Shown piece by piece: positions 8,188 through 17,167 of a DNA stretch of 29,750 nt. Origin of the DNA: Acutalibacteraceae bacterium (GTDB taxonomy: Bacteria > Bacillota > Clostridia > Oscillospirales > Acutalibacteraceae). A model generated the notes under the pieces. That model did no database searches and had not been told where the DNA came from. It saw only the letters and a program-made list of their open reading frames with translations. A program made the position numbers and the translations under genes. Positions within the stretch are counted from its first letter, which is position 1; every line of letters begins with the position of its first letter. Location of the stretch: NCBI GenBank assembly GCA_045642645.1, contig JAZUJG010000094.1, positions 1 to 29,750 of the forward strand. The letters run 5' to 3'.

Positions 8188-10662
8188 ATGGCGAAAAATC
8201 CGCACAAAAAAAGCTTTTTGGATTCTGTTCTCAAAAGCAAAAAATCCGCAAAGCATTCAAATGAGGCACCAAGACCGTCTCGCATAAAGAAAAAAAAGCG
8301 TAAACCTATGCCGACCTGGTTAAAAAGAACATTAACTGTTTGCTTTATACTGTTTTCCGTTGCATTGATTTGCGGTGTTGTTGGCGGCACTTATGTTTAC
8401 ACATTTGCTAAAGATTATGTCGAGGGTGAGAAGAAAATCGATCTTGATGATTATAAGGCAAACCAGGAACAAACAAGTATAATTTATGCCTATGACTCAG
8501 ACGATAATCTCGTTGAACTTCTCCGCCTTCACGGTGCCCAAAACCGTGTTTGGATAAACTATGATGAAATTCCGGACACACTTGTCGATGCTTTCAGAGA
8601 TCTTGAAGACAAGCGTTTTAAAGACCATCACGGCGTTGACTGGATTCGTACAATAGGCGGTGTTGTAAAATCCGGCTTCAAGGAAGGCGGTTCTACAATA
8701 ACACAGCAGCTTATCAAAAACTTAACAGGTGAAAACGGCAGAACTGTTTCTCGTAAATTCTACGAAATTCTCAATGCACTTAATGTCGAACGTTTTTACA
8801 ACAAAGACACGATTATGGAATTTTACCTCAATACCGTGTACCTTGGTAACGGCTGTTACGGTATAAAAACCGCTGCTGAAAAGTATTTCGGGAAAAATGT
8901 AGGCGACCTTAATGCAGCCGAATGTGCCGTTATTGCTTCTATAACACAATTTCCCGCTGATCAGGACCCGTTATACGACCCGGACAGTGTTACCGCTCGT
9001 AAGGAGCTTTGCCTTGATTATATGCTTGAATCCGGAGATCTTAGCGAAGATGAATATAATGAAGCATACGAATTTGAACTGATATATACAAACAGCGAAA
9101 ATTATAAAGGCAGTACAGTCACCGACGACGATGATGAAAAGGAGGACGACACCCAATACACCGAAGAAGATATCCGATTTAAAGATTCGGGTGAATCTTC
9201 ATATTATGTTGAATATGTTATAGATAAGGTCATCACTGACTTACAGAAAGAATATGACTGGACTTATAATGAAGCCTGGCGAAAAGTTTTCTTTGGCGGT
9301 TTAAGAATTTACTCTGCAGTTGATTTAAAAGTTCAGCGTGCTGCCGAGGATGTTTATGTAAACCGAGAGACAATGCCGGAGGAGGAAGATACCGATGATG
9401 AACCCGCTGCGCAGTCTTCAATGACTGTTATGGATTACAGCGGAAGGGTAGTAGCTATGGTCGGCGGTGCCGGTGAAAAAGAAGCCTTCCGCGGACTCAA
9501 CAGAGCTACCGATTCACCGAGACAGCCCGGTTCATCTATCAAACCTCTCTCAGTTTACGCACCGTGTATTGAAAATAATATATGCACCTATTCAACCAAA
9601 GTACAGAACTACGGTATAAGACTCGGATCTTCACGCTGGCCGCGAAACTTTGGCGGTGTTACCGGTTCAGCCAAAGAATTCGTTACAGTCCAGTACGCTG
9701 TTGCAGAATCACTTAATACGGTTCCCGCGCAGCTTGTAAGGCAGCTTGGAATTTCACCCTGTCTTGATTTCCTTGTTGATGATCTTAAATTTACTACTCT
9801 TATCACAGATGAAAACGATCCCGATTATGACGGTAACTATTCTTCAATTTGCGTTGGTGGTATGAGCCACGGTGTTACAACACTTGAAATGACTGCCGCT
9901 TATGCAATGTTCGGTAATAACGGCTATTACTTTGAACCGTATTGCTACTATAAAGTCACAAATAATGACGGCTCTGAAATTCTGCTTGAAGACGGAAATA
10001 AACCCGGCAAGCAAGTATTGAGTGAAAGCGCAGCCGGAGTTATGCGCCAGTTATTAAGAACCGTTGTTACCATGGGTACCGGCGGAAGTTATGCAATAAG
10101 CGGTTTTGAGACCTTTGCAAAAACAGGTACTACAACCGATGATAAAGACCGTTGGTTTGTCGGCGGTACTCCGTATTATGTTTCTGCTGTTTGGTACGGT
10201 TATGATGAACCGCGCGCAATTACCAACACTTGGGGCAACCCCGCAGGTAAACTCTTTAACGCGGTTTTGGAAAAAGCGCACGAAGGGCTTGAAGACAAGA
10301 GTTATCCCTCTGCAAGCGGAATGGTTGCAAAGCGTTACTGCACAATCACCGGTGATATTGCATCCGAAACTTGTGCAAGTACTTCTTTGGGGTATTATAA
10401 ATCATCCAACATTCCCGCAACTTGCAAGAATTGTGCTATGATACACGCAATCGGCGCGGAAATTCCTGACGAGGTTACAAAACCGTCTGCAACTACTACG
10501 AAAAAAATTACAACAACCGAGGCGCTTTCTGCTTCCGAGGAAAATCCGGAGGATACAACAAAACCTGTTGAAACTACCGAAAAACCGGCAAACGACGAAC
10601 CTGCGACGACACCACCCGTTATTGAAGACGGTGACACAATTTCGGCAGAAAACACTGATTAA
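8188..10662 (+). CDS. class A penicillin-binding protein (PBP1A family, transglycosylase/transpeptidase)
   Basis: 824 aa from the ATG at 8188 (GGAGG at 8172-8176); basic N-terminus + TM; EDKRFKDHHGVD, GGSTITQQLIKN, YLNTVYLG; RQPGSSIKP (SxxK), SLN, KTGTT; Thr/Glu/Pro-rich tail. Confidence 0.95.
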   Translation: MAKNPHKKSFLDSVLKSKKSAKHSNEAPRPSRIKKKKRKPMPTWLKRTLTVCFILFSVALICGVVGGTYVYTFAKDYVEGEKKIDLDDYKANQEQTSIIYAYDSDDNLVELLRLHGAQNRVWINYDEIPDTLVDAFRDLEDKRFKDHHGVDWIRTIGGVVKSGFKEGGSTITQQLIKNLTGENGRTVSRKFYEILNALNVERFYNKDTIMEFYLNTVYLGNGCYGIKTAAEKYFGKNVGDLNAAECAVIASITQFPADQDPLYDPDSVTARKELCLDYMLESGDLSEDEYNEAYEFELIYTNSENYKGSTVTDDDDEKEDDTQYTEEDIRFKDSGESSYYVEYVIDKVITDLQKEYDWTYNEAWRKVFFGGLRIYSAVDLKVQRAAEDVYVNRETMPEEEDTDDEPAAQSSMTVMDYSGRVVAMVGGAGEKEAFRGLNRATDSPRQPGSSIKPLSVYAPCIENNICTYSTKVQNYGIRLGSSRWPRNFGGVTGSAKEFVTVQYAVAESLNTVPAQLVRQLGISPCLDFLVDDLKFTTLITDENDPDYDGNYSSICVGGMSHGVTTLEMTAAYAMFGNNGYYFEPYCYYKVTNNDGSEILLEDGNKPGKQVLSESAAGVMRQLLRTVVTMGTGGSYAISGFETFAKTGTTTDDKDRWFVGGTPYYVSAVWYGYDEPRAITNTWGNPAGKLFNAVLEKAHEGLEDKSYPSASGMVAKRYCTITGDIASETCASTSLGYYKSSNIPATCKNCAMIHAIGAEIPDEVTKPSATTTKKITTTEALSASEENPEDTTKPVETTEKPANDEPATTPPVIEDGDTISAENTD

Positions 10663-10669
10663 TTAAACA

Positions 10670-10697
10670 GAGGCTGACGGTGTAGACAGTCAGCCTC
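10670..10697. terminator. intergenic hairpin between the PBP gene and ruvX (weak terminator or stabiliser)
   Basis: GAGGCTGAC-10 nt-GTCAGCCTC perfect 9-bp stem; only a weak U-tract on +. Confidence 0.45.
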
Positions 10698-10712
10698 GGA
10701 TTTTGGAGATTT

Positions 10713-11132
10713 ATGATAATTTTATCAGTTGATTACGGCGATAAAAGAACGGGGATTGCCGTTTGCAATAAGAGCGAAACGCTTGCCACAGGCATAAAAG
10801 TTATAACAGAGTGGAACGCCGATGAACTCGCAATAAAAATAATTGAAGAAGCTGTTGTGCGAGGCGCCGAACTCATTGTAATCGGTTTACCCAAGAACAT
10901 GGACGGAACTTGCGGATACAGAACAGATGACTGTCGCAAGTTTGGTGCTGTTATTGAATCGAAAACGTCAATCCCGGTAGATTATTGGGATGAAAGACTG
11001 ACAACAGTAAGCGCTCACGCAATACTTAATGAAGTAAATGTTCGCGGAAAAGCAAGAAAAAACTCAGTTGATGCTGTTTCGGCTGAAATAATACTTCAGG
11101 ATTATATTGACCACCGCAGGATTAAAGGTTAA
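10713..11132 (+). CDS. ruvX: RuvX/YqgF family nuclease (Holliday junction resolvase-like, pre-16S rRNA processing)
   Basis: 139 aa; ILSVDYGDKRTGIAV, VIGLPKNMDG, WDERLTT, VDAVSA..ILQDY. Confidence 0.95.
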   Translation: MIILSVDYGDKRTGIAVCNKSETLATGIKVITEWNADELAIKIIEEAVVRGAELIVIGLPKNMDGTCGYRTDDCRKFGAVIESKTSIPVDYWDERLTTVSAHAILNEVNVRGKARKNSVDAVSAEIILQDYIDHRRIKG

Positions 11133-11155
11133 ATTATAATTTTTTGAAATATAGA

Positions 11156-11184
11156 TTGACTTAAACGCAGCTAAATGATAAAAT
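11156..11184 (+). promoter_or_regulatory. sigmaA promoter (extended -10) of the hisB-like/thrE operon
   Basis: TTGACT (11156-11161), 17 nt, TGa-TAAAAT (11179-11184); AAGGAG RBS. Confidence 0.8.
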
Positions 11185-11221
11185 ATCAGTGTAAAATGTT
11201 TTGTTAGTTAAGGAGAAGTAA

Positions 11222-11812
11222 ATGAGAACCTACGGCATTACAAAAACTACAAATAATACCAAAACTTCATTTTCACTCAATATCGACGGCACTGGTAAAA
11301 CCAAGATAAAAACCGGTTGTGCTTTCCTCGATCATATGTTTGAGGTTGTCGCTAAATACGCAAATTTTGACATATACATAACCTGCGAAAATGTTTCTAA
11401 ACAGTATGATGCATTCCATATAGTTGAGGATGTTGCTTCACTTTTCGGTACTGCATTTCGCGAAGCACTCGGTGATAAGCACGGCATACGCCGTTTTGCT
11501 GATTGTTACCTCCCCATCGACGATGCGCTTATTCTTGAGGTTGCAGATATTGCAGGCGGTTCTTATGTAAAATTTGATGTTGCTCTTGAAAAAACAATGA
11601 TAGGTGACTTTGACACACAGTTTTTGGAGTCATTCTTTATAGTTTTTGCCCGCAACGCAGGTGCAACACTGCATGTTAAAGAAATTTCCGGATCAAATGT
11701 TCATAATGTTGTAGAGGGTTGCTTTAAAGCTTTGGCGAGGGTGCTCAGAGATGCTTGTGCTTTCGAAGACCCTGCAAAAATAGAGCTTCCCACGACCAAA
11801 TCCGGCTTTTAA
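11222..11812 (+). CDS. hisB: imidazoleglycerol-phosphate dehydratase (HisB)-like protein with degenerate metal-binding motifs
   Basis: 196 aa; TGCAFLDHM, EALGDKHGIRRF, PIDDAL, FDTQ..ESFF, TLH, FKALARVLR, PTTK; HHxxE motifs appear as FHIVE and HNVVE. Confidence 0.85.
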   Translation: MRTYGITKTTNNTKTSFSLNIDGTGKTKIKTGCAFLDHMFEVVAKYANFDIYITCENVSKQYDAFHIVEDVASLFGTAFREALGDKHGIRRFADCYLPIDDALILEVADIAGGSYVKFDVALEKTMIGDFDTQFLESFFIVFARNAGATLHVKEISGSNVHNVVEGCFKALARVLRDACAFEDPAKIELPTTKSGF

Positions 11813-11825
11813 TTTAAGGTGTTTT

Positions 11826-12647
11826 ATGTTTAAATCATTGCATATAGCCGATTATATAAATTCAGATCTACCGCAGAATTCCGACGGGTTTTCTGCGGAT
11901 TTCGTTTTAGGCAAAGCACTGAATATTGCCGAATCTATTCTGAAAAGCGGCGGTGAGCCTCATAGAATTGAGGATACCGTTGAGCGAATTTGTCTTGCTT
12001 ACGGTGCCGCAAGTGCTGATGTTTTCGCATTACCGTCGCTGATAATCGCAGGTATTCGTATGCCGGATGGAACTCACTCAACACAGATGCGGCGTGTTCT
12101 TAAAAACGAAAACAATATGTTTAGGCTTGATTTGGCAAACGATATTTCGCGTAAAGTGTGTTCTTTCGAAATACCGCTTACCGATGTAGATGAAAAACTT
12201 AATGACATCGCAGAAAAAGAGCCATATAACCCGCTGTGGGTTTATATAGGCAGTATTTTAGCTGCAGGTGGTTTTGCAGTTTTTTTCGGAGGCACTATTA
12301 TAGATTGTTTTGCAGCAATGATTTGCGGCTCTTTTGTCACTTTATTAAACCGTCACCGAATCAAATTCATAAATCCGCTCATCCATACCGTAATCACTTC
12401 ATTTATTGCCGGCATCGTCGCGTTATTGCTGATTAAATTCGGCATTGGTGATAATACAGATATGGTTATGATAGGCACCATAATGCTGCTGATTCCCGGT
12501 TTATCGTTCGGTAACGCCATTCGAGATTTAATGTTCGGTGATATTATTTCAGGAATATTCCAATTTGTTCAGGCAACGCTTATTGCTGTTATGGTCGCTT
12601 TCGGCTTTGCAGCGGCAGGATTTGTATTCGGGGGTGTTATTGTATGA
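11826..12647 (+). CDS. ThrE family threonine/serine-type exporter, large subunit
   Basis: 273 aa; ILKSGGEPHRIEDTVERI, LAAGGFAVFFGG, IMLLIPGLSFGNAIRDL..GDIISG. Confidence 0.9.
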   Translation: MFKSLHIADYINSDLPQNSDGFSADFVLGKALNIAESILKSGGEPHRIEDTVERICLAYGAASADVFALPSLIIAGIRMPDGTHSTQMRRVLKNENNMFRLDLANDISRKVCSFEIPLTDVDEKLNDIAEKEPYNPLWVYIGSILAAGGFAVFFGGTIIDCFAAMICGSFVTLLNRHRIKFINPLIHTVITSFIAGIVALLLIKFGIGDNTDMVMIGTIMLLIPGLSFGNAIRDLMFGDIISGIFQFVQATLIAVMVAFGFAAAGFVFGGVIV

Positions 12648-13099
12648 TTCCCGAAATGATAATCAGAATAATTGCCGGTATGTTCGGTACACTCGGATTT
12701 GCGATACTTTTTAAATTAAAAGCCAAACACCTTCCTTTTTCGATTATTTGCGGTTTTGCTGCCTGTATAGTATATTTCCCATTAACTTCAGTTCTTGACG
12801 GAATATTTGCTCCGAACTTTTTTGCCGCTTTTGCAACGGCTATTATGGCTGAAATTTTTGCGATTGTCTGCAAAACACCTACAACTGCATTTCTTTTTAC
12901 AGGCTGCATAACCCTTGTGCCCGGTAGTTTTCTGTTTTACGGCATGAGCAGTCTGCTTGAACAGAATTACGGTGATGCGGTTAACTACCTCTTAATGACT
13001 TTAAATGTGGCGATAGCAATCGCCGGAGGTATTATTGCTTCATCCTTGGTTCGTCTTGTAATAAAATCTGCAATTATACAATATAAAAAGCACAAGTAA
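12644..13099 (+). CDS. ThrE_2 family exporter, small subunit
   Basis: 151 aa hydrophobic; GTLGFAILF, KTPTTAFL..G.ITLVPGS; ATGA overlap with the upstream gene. Confidence 0.88.
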   Translation: MIPEMIIRIIAGMFGTLGFAILFKLKAKHLPFSIICGFAACIVYFPLTSVLDGIFAPNFFAAFATAIMAEIFAIVCKTPTTAFLFTGCITLVPGSFLFYGMSSLLEQNYGDAVNYLLMTLNVAIAIAGGIIASSLVRLVIKSAIIQYKKHK

Positions 13100-13124
13100 A
13101 AGGCTTGAAGCGACAAATATAAAT

Positions 13125-13150
13125 ACCCCCTGTGCAAATGCACAGGGGGT
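13125..13150. terminator. bidirectional intrinsic terminator (thrE2 / adh)
   Basis: ACCCCCTGTGCA-aa-TGCACAGGGGGT perfect inverted repeat with AT-rich flanks between convergent genes. Confidence 0.85.
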
Positions 13151-13163
13151 TAAATTATATAAA

Positions 13164-14381
13164 TTATTTCTTTATCTGAAGTTTCTTAATAAGGGCTTTA
13201 CAATCATCCAAGTCCATAATCTTCGGAACGGGGTATAGGGGATTGCCTTCTTTTAGAGCGCGCTTTGCAATAGTTTCTATATCTTCGTCTTTAATCTGCT
13301 CAAAACCGGTAGGAATACCCATTTCTTCGTTATACTGACGAACTGCAGCAATAAAGCGCTTTGCTTTTTCTCTGTCGCCCTGTGCGGGACCTGAAACACC
13401 TACTAAATCAGCAAGTTGTGCAAGGCGTTTATATGCCGTTTCGCCATAGAAATCAAGAACATGAGGAAGAATAACAGCCATGGCAAGACCGTGAGGAATG
13501 TGGTAGAAACCGCCGAGATTATGGCCGATTGCATGAACATAACCGACATATGCTCTTGTAAATGCCATACCGGCATAATAAGAAGCTTTAAGCATATTGT
13601 TACGGGCATTTATATTTTTGCCGTCGGCATACGCAAGCTTAACATTATCAAATATAAGCTTAATTGCCTTTACAGCGTATTCTTCGGTATTGGCTACATT
13701 ACTTCTGCCTATGTACGCTTCAACTGCGTGTGTAAGAGCATCCATACCGGTTGTTGATGTAATGTGGGGAGGAAGACCAACCGTGAGCTCGGGGTCAAGC
13801 ACTGCGTAAAGCGGACGAAGCTTCGGGTCATTTATGGGGCATTTCTCGTGAGTGGATTCATCTGTAACAACCGCAGCAAGAGTAACCTCGGAGCCTGTGC
13901 CTGCGGTAGTCGGTACTGCGAAAAGCGGGGGAAGAGCATGGCGTATATGCAGAAGTCCGCGCATATCTCTTACGCTGATTTTGGGGTTAGTAACTCTTGC
14001 GCCTGCAGCTTTCGCACAATCCATGGGTGAGCCGCCGCCGAATGCAACAATACCATCGCAATTATTATCAAGATAAACCTTTTTGGCATCCTCAATATTC
14101 TCAATAGAGGGGTTGGGCTGAACACCGTCAAACACGCTGTATTTTACGCCCTCTATTTCGAGTGCTTCAAAGAGACCGTCGAGAAGATGAAGACCCATAA
14201 GACCCTTATCTGTTACAATGAGAACATTTTTAAGACCTTTGGATTTAATAAATTCGGGGAGTTTTTTTACTGAGCCGGGACCTTCAAGAAGTTCGGGTTC
14301 TTTCCAGTTGAAAAGATTTGTACCCATTACCATTTTAAAGGTTGACTGGTATGCTCGGTAATAGAAATTTTTGACACTCAT
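13164..14381 (-). CDS. iron-containing alcohol dehydrogenase
   Basis: 405 aa; GGGSPMDCAK, PTTAGTGSEVT, GMDALTHAVEAY, HAIGH..GG..HIPHG. Confidence 0.93.
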   Translation of the reverse strand: MSVKNFYYRAYQSTFKMVMGTNLFNWKEPELLEGPGSVKKLPEFIKSKGLKNVLIVTDKGLMGLHLLDGLFEALEIEGVKYSVFDGVQPNPSIENIEDAKKVYLDNNCDGIVAFGGGSPMDCAKAAGARVTNPKISVRDMRGLLHIRHALPPLFAVPTTAGTGSEVTLAAVVTDESTHEKCPINDPKLRPLYAVLDPELTVGLPPHITSTTGMDALTHAVEAYIGRSNVANTEEYAVKAIKLIFDNVKLAYADGKNINARNNMLKASYYAGMAFTRAYVGYVHAIGHNLGGFYHIPHGLAMAVILPHVLDFYGETAYKRLAQLADLVGVSGPAQGDREKAKRFIAAVRQYNEEMGIPTGFEQIKDEDIETIAKRALKEGNPLYPVPKIMDLDDCKALIKKLQIKK

Positions 14382-14399
14382 AAAATCATTCCTTTATCT

Positions 14400-15236
14400 T
14401 TATTTTAATTTATTGACTTTATCCTTTAAATCGTCCAACAACTCTTCAAGCAGAATTGTTTGGCGTTTAAATCCTTCTCTGATGAACGGAAATGCACGCA
14501 GCAGGCGAGATTTCGTTTTGTTCTTTTTCTCTGTTGCTTCAACCTTGAATCTGTCATACTTACAACGCAAATCTGCGAAACCGGTTATAATTTCGTCACG
14601 GCTTTCTTCTGAAATGCGGTCAAATTTACTTCCCATAACCGTGTAAGCTTTTTCAGCATAGGCAGATATTTCTTCGGAAAGTTTTTTGAATCTGATAGAT
14701 ACTTTTCTGATACCAAGAGCGTTAATAACGGTATCAAGCAAATCAAAGAAAAAGACGGTAAGGATAATATAAACAATAATATCGCGCGATGTCTCGCTTA
14801 CTTGTTTAATTATAAATAAATCAATAATCGGGTGAAGTACATAGCAGAAAAGACATGACGCCGTACCCCAATACAATGTATGCGTAAGGCAGATTCTGCC
14901 TTGAATGTTAAAACGCATACCCGAATAATCCCACCAACGCGCATGAAACAGCTTTTCCATAATATAGCTTGTGGCAAACTCAACTATATCGCAAACTACC
15001 ATACCTACTGCAAAAATAAGCAATTCATTAAGATAAGGGTGAGCGGTTGCTTCACGCAAGGGCATTAGCACAAGCAGAATCACCATTGCTCCCGTGCCGT
15101 AAATAGGGCAGAGCGGGCCGCGCAGAAATCCGCGATTAATCCACTTTTTAGGTTTAAATGAGCAATAACAAGATTCAAAAAACCAACCTATAAAGCTATA
15201 GAAAAAGAAATAAAATATTAAATCGATTATTCTCAT
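14400..15236 (-). CDS. putative ABC-transporter type IV permease (CmpB/TMEM229-like) with a charged helical C-terminus
   Basis: 278 aa; YSFIGWFFES, INRGFLRGPLCPIYG, WWDYS..RFNIQGRICL. Confidence 0.85.
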   Translation of the reverse strand: MRIIDLIFYFFFYSFIGWFFESCYCSFKPKKWINRGFLRGPLCPIYGTGAMVILLVLMPLREATAHPYLNELLIFAVGMVVCDIVEFATSYIMEKLFHARWWDYSGMRFNIQGRICLTHTLYWGTASCLFCYVLHPIIDLFIIKQVSETSRDIIVYIILTVFFFDLLDTVINALGIRKVSIRFKKLSEEISAYAEKAYTVMGSKFDRISEESRDEIITGFADLRCKYDRFKVEATEKKNKTKSRLLRAFPFIREGFKRQTILLEELLDDLKDKVNKLK

Positions 15237-15772
15237 TTTTCACCTCCGAGTCCGGTAAGAGTATGGAATTTTACTCGATAGTTTTCAGAAGCGGAATAAA
15301 TAAGTTCGATTGTTGCGCAATATTTATCCATCGCAGTGACAACATAACTTTCGGTATAACGCGGAGGCTTAACGGTAAGAGGCCACATGTGTTTGCCGAT
15401 AATGTCAGCTTCCTTTTTATTGAGCGTACCGCACAGGTAGTATGCGTTTTTAAGTGCGGTTTTCGGGTGTCTGTAACCGTGAAGCTTGTGGCTGAGATCA
15501 TCCTCGCGCCAGTCGTAATAAAACAAATCGTGCATAGTTGCCGCGCGTGCAGTGCTGACATAATCAAGACCGAGTTTTCGGGAAATAAGAAAACTTAAAT
15601 AAGCAACGCTCGTTATATGCTGAAGTCTGTTGATTTTAAAATGCTGTTCAAATTCGGCAAGCTGCTGAAGCTGAGGTGAATTGTATAAATCGCCAGCAAC
15701 GGCAAGATAATCGTTCCACGAGGGCTTATCCTTGCGGTAAGACGAAATATAAGCATTATAAAGCTTGCTCAA
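15233..15772 (-). CDS. HD-domain metal-dependent phosphohydrolase
   Basis: 179 aa, TTG start after AAGGTGA; QH...RLQH, MHDLFYYDW, HP..AL.NA, IIGKHMWPLT, MDKYCA. Confidence 0.85.
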   Translation of the reverse strand: MSKLYNAYISSYRKDKPSWNDYLAVAGDLYNSPQLQQLAEFEQHFKINRLQHITSVAYLSFLISRKLGLDYVSTARAATMHDLFYYDWREDDLSHKLHGYRHPKTALKNAYYLCGTLNKKEADIIGKHMWPLTVKPPRYTESYVVTAMDKYCATIELIYSASENYRVKFHTLTGLGGEK

Positions 15773-15784
15773 AAAATCACCTTG

Positions 15785-17011
15785 TTATTTCTTTATAATT
15801 TTATGGAAGACCTTTTTGCCTTTTTTAATAATAACATAACCTTTTTCAAAATCGGCAACAGGAATAAGAGCGGAGGGTGAAGTAACTTTATTATCGTCAA
15901 CACTTACGCCGCCTTGCTCAATAAGTCTTCTTGCTTCACCGCGCGATGCAGTAAGACCTGCTTTTATCATAACATCGATCACACCTATTGAACCGTCTGT
16001 AAAGTCGGTATCGGCGATTTCTGTTGAAGGCATATTCTCTGAATTGCCCGAGCCGGAGAAAACGGCTTTTGCTGCAGCCTCGGCTTTTTTGGCTTCTTCC
16101 TCACCGTGAACAAGCGCAGTAAGTTCATAGGCAAGAATTTCTTTGGCTCTATTAAGCTCACTGCCTTCCCATTTATCCATTTCATCTATCTGTTCAAGGG
16201 GCAGGAATGTGAGCATTCTGATGCATTTAAGAACATCGTTATCGCCGACATTGCGCCAATATTGATAGAAATCATAGGGAGGAGTTTTGTTTGCATCAAG
16301 CCATACTGCATTACCGGCGGTTTTACCCATTTTTTTGCCCTGCGAGTCAGTAAGCAGGGTAATGGTCATGGCGTGGGCATCCTTGCCGAGCTTCTTTCTT
16401 ATAAGCTCAGTACCGCCGAGCATATTCGACCACTGATCGTCACCGCCGAACTGCATATTGCAGCCCTTGTTCTTGAAAAGATAGTAGAAGTCATAGCTCT
16501 GCATAATCATATAGTTGAACTCGAGGAAGCTCAAGCCCTTTTCCATACGCTGCTTGTAGCATTCCGCTCTGAGCATATTGTTTACGGAGAAGCACGGACC
16601 GACCTCGCGAAGAAGGTCAACATAGTTGAGTTTAAGAAGCCAATCGGCATTATTAACCATTTCAGCCTTGTCTTCACCGAACTCAATAAAACGCTCCATT
16701 TGTCTCTTGAAGCATTCGGCATTATGCTCTATATCTTCTTTGGTGAGCATTTTTCTCATATCGGTTCTGCCTGAGGGGTCACCAATCATAGTTGTGCCGC
16801 CGCCGATAAGTGCAACGGGTTTGTTGCCTGCCATCTGCAGCCTTTTCATAAGAGTAAGTGCCATAAAGTGACCTGCAGTGAGGCTGTCGGCAGTGCAGTC
16901 AAAACCAATATAAAACTTTGCTTTACCGCTGTTAACCATGTTTTTGATTTCCTCTTCGTTTGTAACCTGGGCAATAAGCCCGCGGGCGATGAGTTCTTCA
17001 TAAATACCCAT
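15785..17011 (-). CDS. tyrS: tyrosine--tRNA ligase
   Basis: 408 aa; YIGFDCTADSL-TAGH, IGDPSGR, EFNYMIMQSYDF, QFGGDDQWSN, KMGKT, C-terminal S4 domain. Confidence 0.97.
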   Translation of the reverse strand: MGIYEELIARGLIAQVTNEEEIKNMVNSGKAKFYIGFDCTADSLTAGHFMALTLMKRLQMAGNKPVALIGGGTTMIGDPSGRTDMRKMLTKEDIEHNAECFKRQMERFIEFGEDKAEMVNNADWLLKLNYVDLLREVGPCFSVNNMLRAECYKQRMEKGLSFLEFNYMIMQSYDFYYLFKNKGCNMQFGGDDQWSNMLGGTELIRKKLGKDAHAMTITLLTDSQGKKMGKTAGNAVWLDANKTPPYDFYQYWRNVGDNDVLKCIRMLTFLPLEQIDEMDKWEGSELNRAKEILAYELTALVHGEEEAKKAEAAAKAVFSGSGNSENMPSTEIADTDFTDGSIGVIDVMIKAGLTASRGEARRLIEQGGVSVDDNKVTSPSALIPVADFEKGYVIIKKGKKVFHKIIKK

Positions 17012-17047
17012 AAAATGATCTCCTGTTTCCTATAATTTAGCAGTATT

Positions 17048-17076
17048 ATTATATAGAATCCGTGAACGAATGTCAA
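17048..17076 (-). promoter_or_regulatory. perfect-consensus sigmaA promoter of the tyrS operon
   Basis: minus strand TTGACA (17076-17071), 17 nt, TATAAT (17053-17048). Confidence 0.9.
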
Positions 17077-17119
17077 CCGAAAGAGCAAAATGTTATAAAT
17101 GAATTTCGAAAATTATTTA

Positions 17120-17148
17120 TTGACAAACAATAAATTGTGTGATATATT
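17120..17148 (+). promoter_or_regulatory. sigmaA promoter of the DUF2975 operon with a dyad operator in the spacer
   Basis: TTGACA (17120-17125), 17 nt, TGa-TATATT (17143-17148); dyad ACAAT-aa-ATTGT at 17127-17138. Confidence 0.8.
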
Positions 17149-17167
17149 TTCAACGAGGTGAAAATTT

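Noticed and set aside
16106-16774. 222-aa ORF exactly codon-antisense to the TyrRS catalytic domain (reminiscent of Rodin-Ohno sense/antisense coding)
   Set aside because: No class II synthetase motifs, promoter or RBS; in-register antisense ORFs arise when TTA/CTA/TCA codons are scarce in the sense gene.
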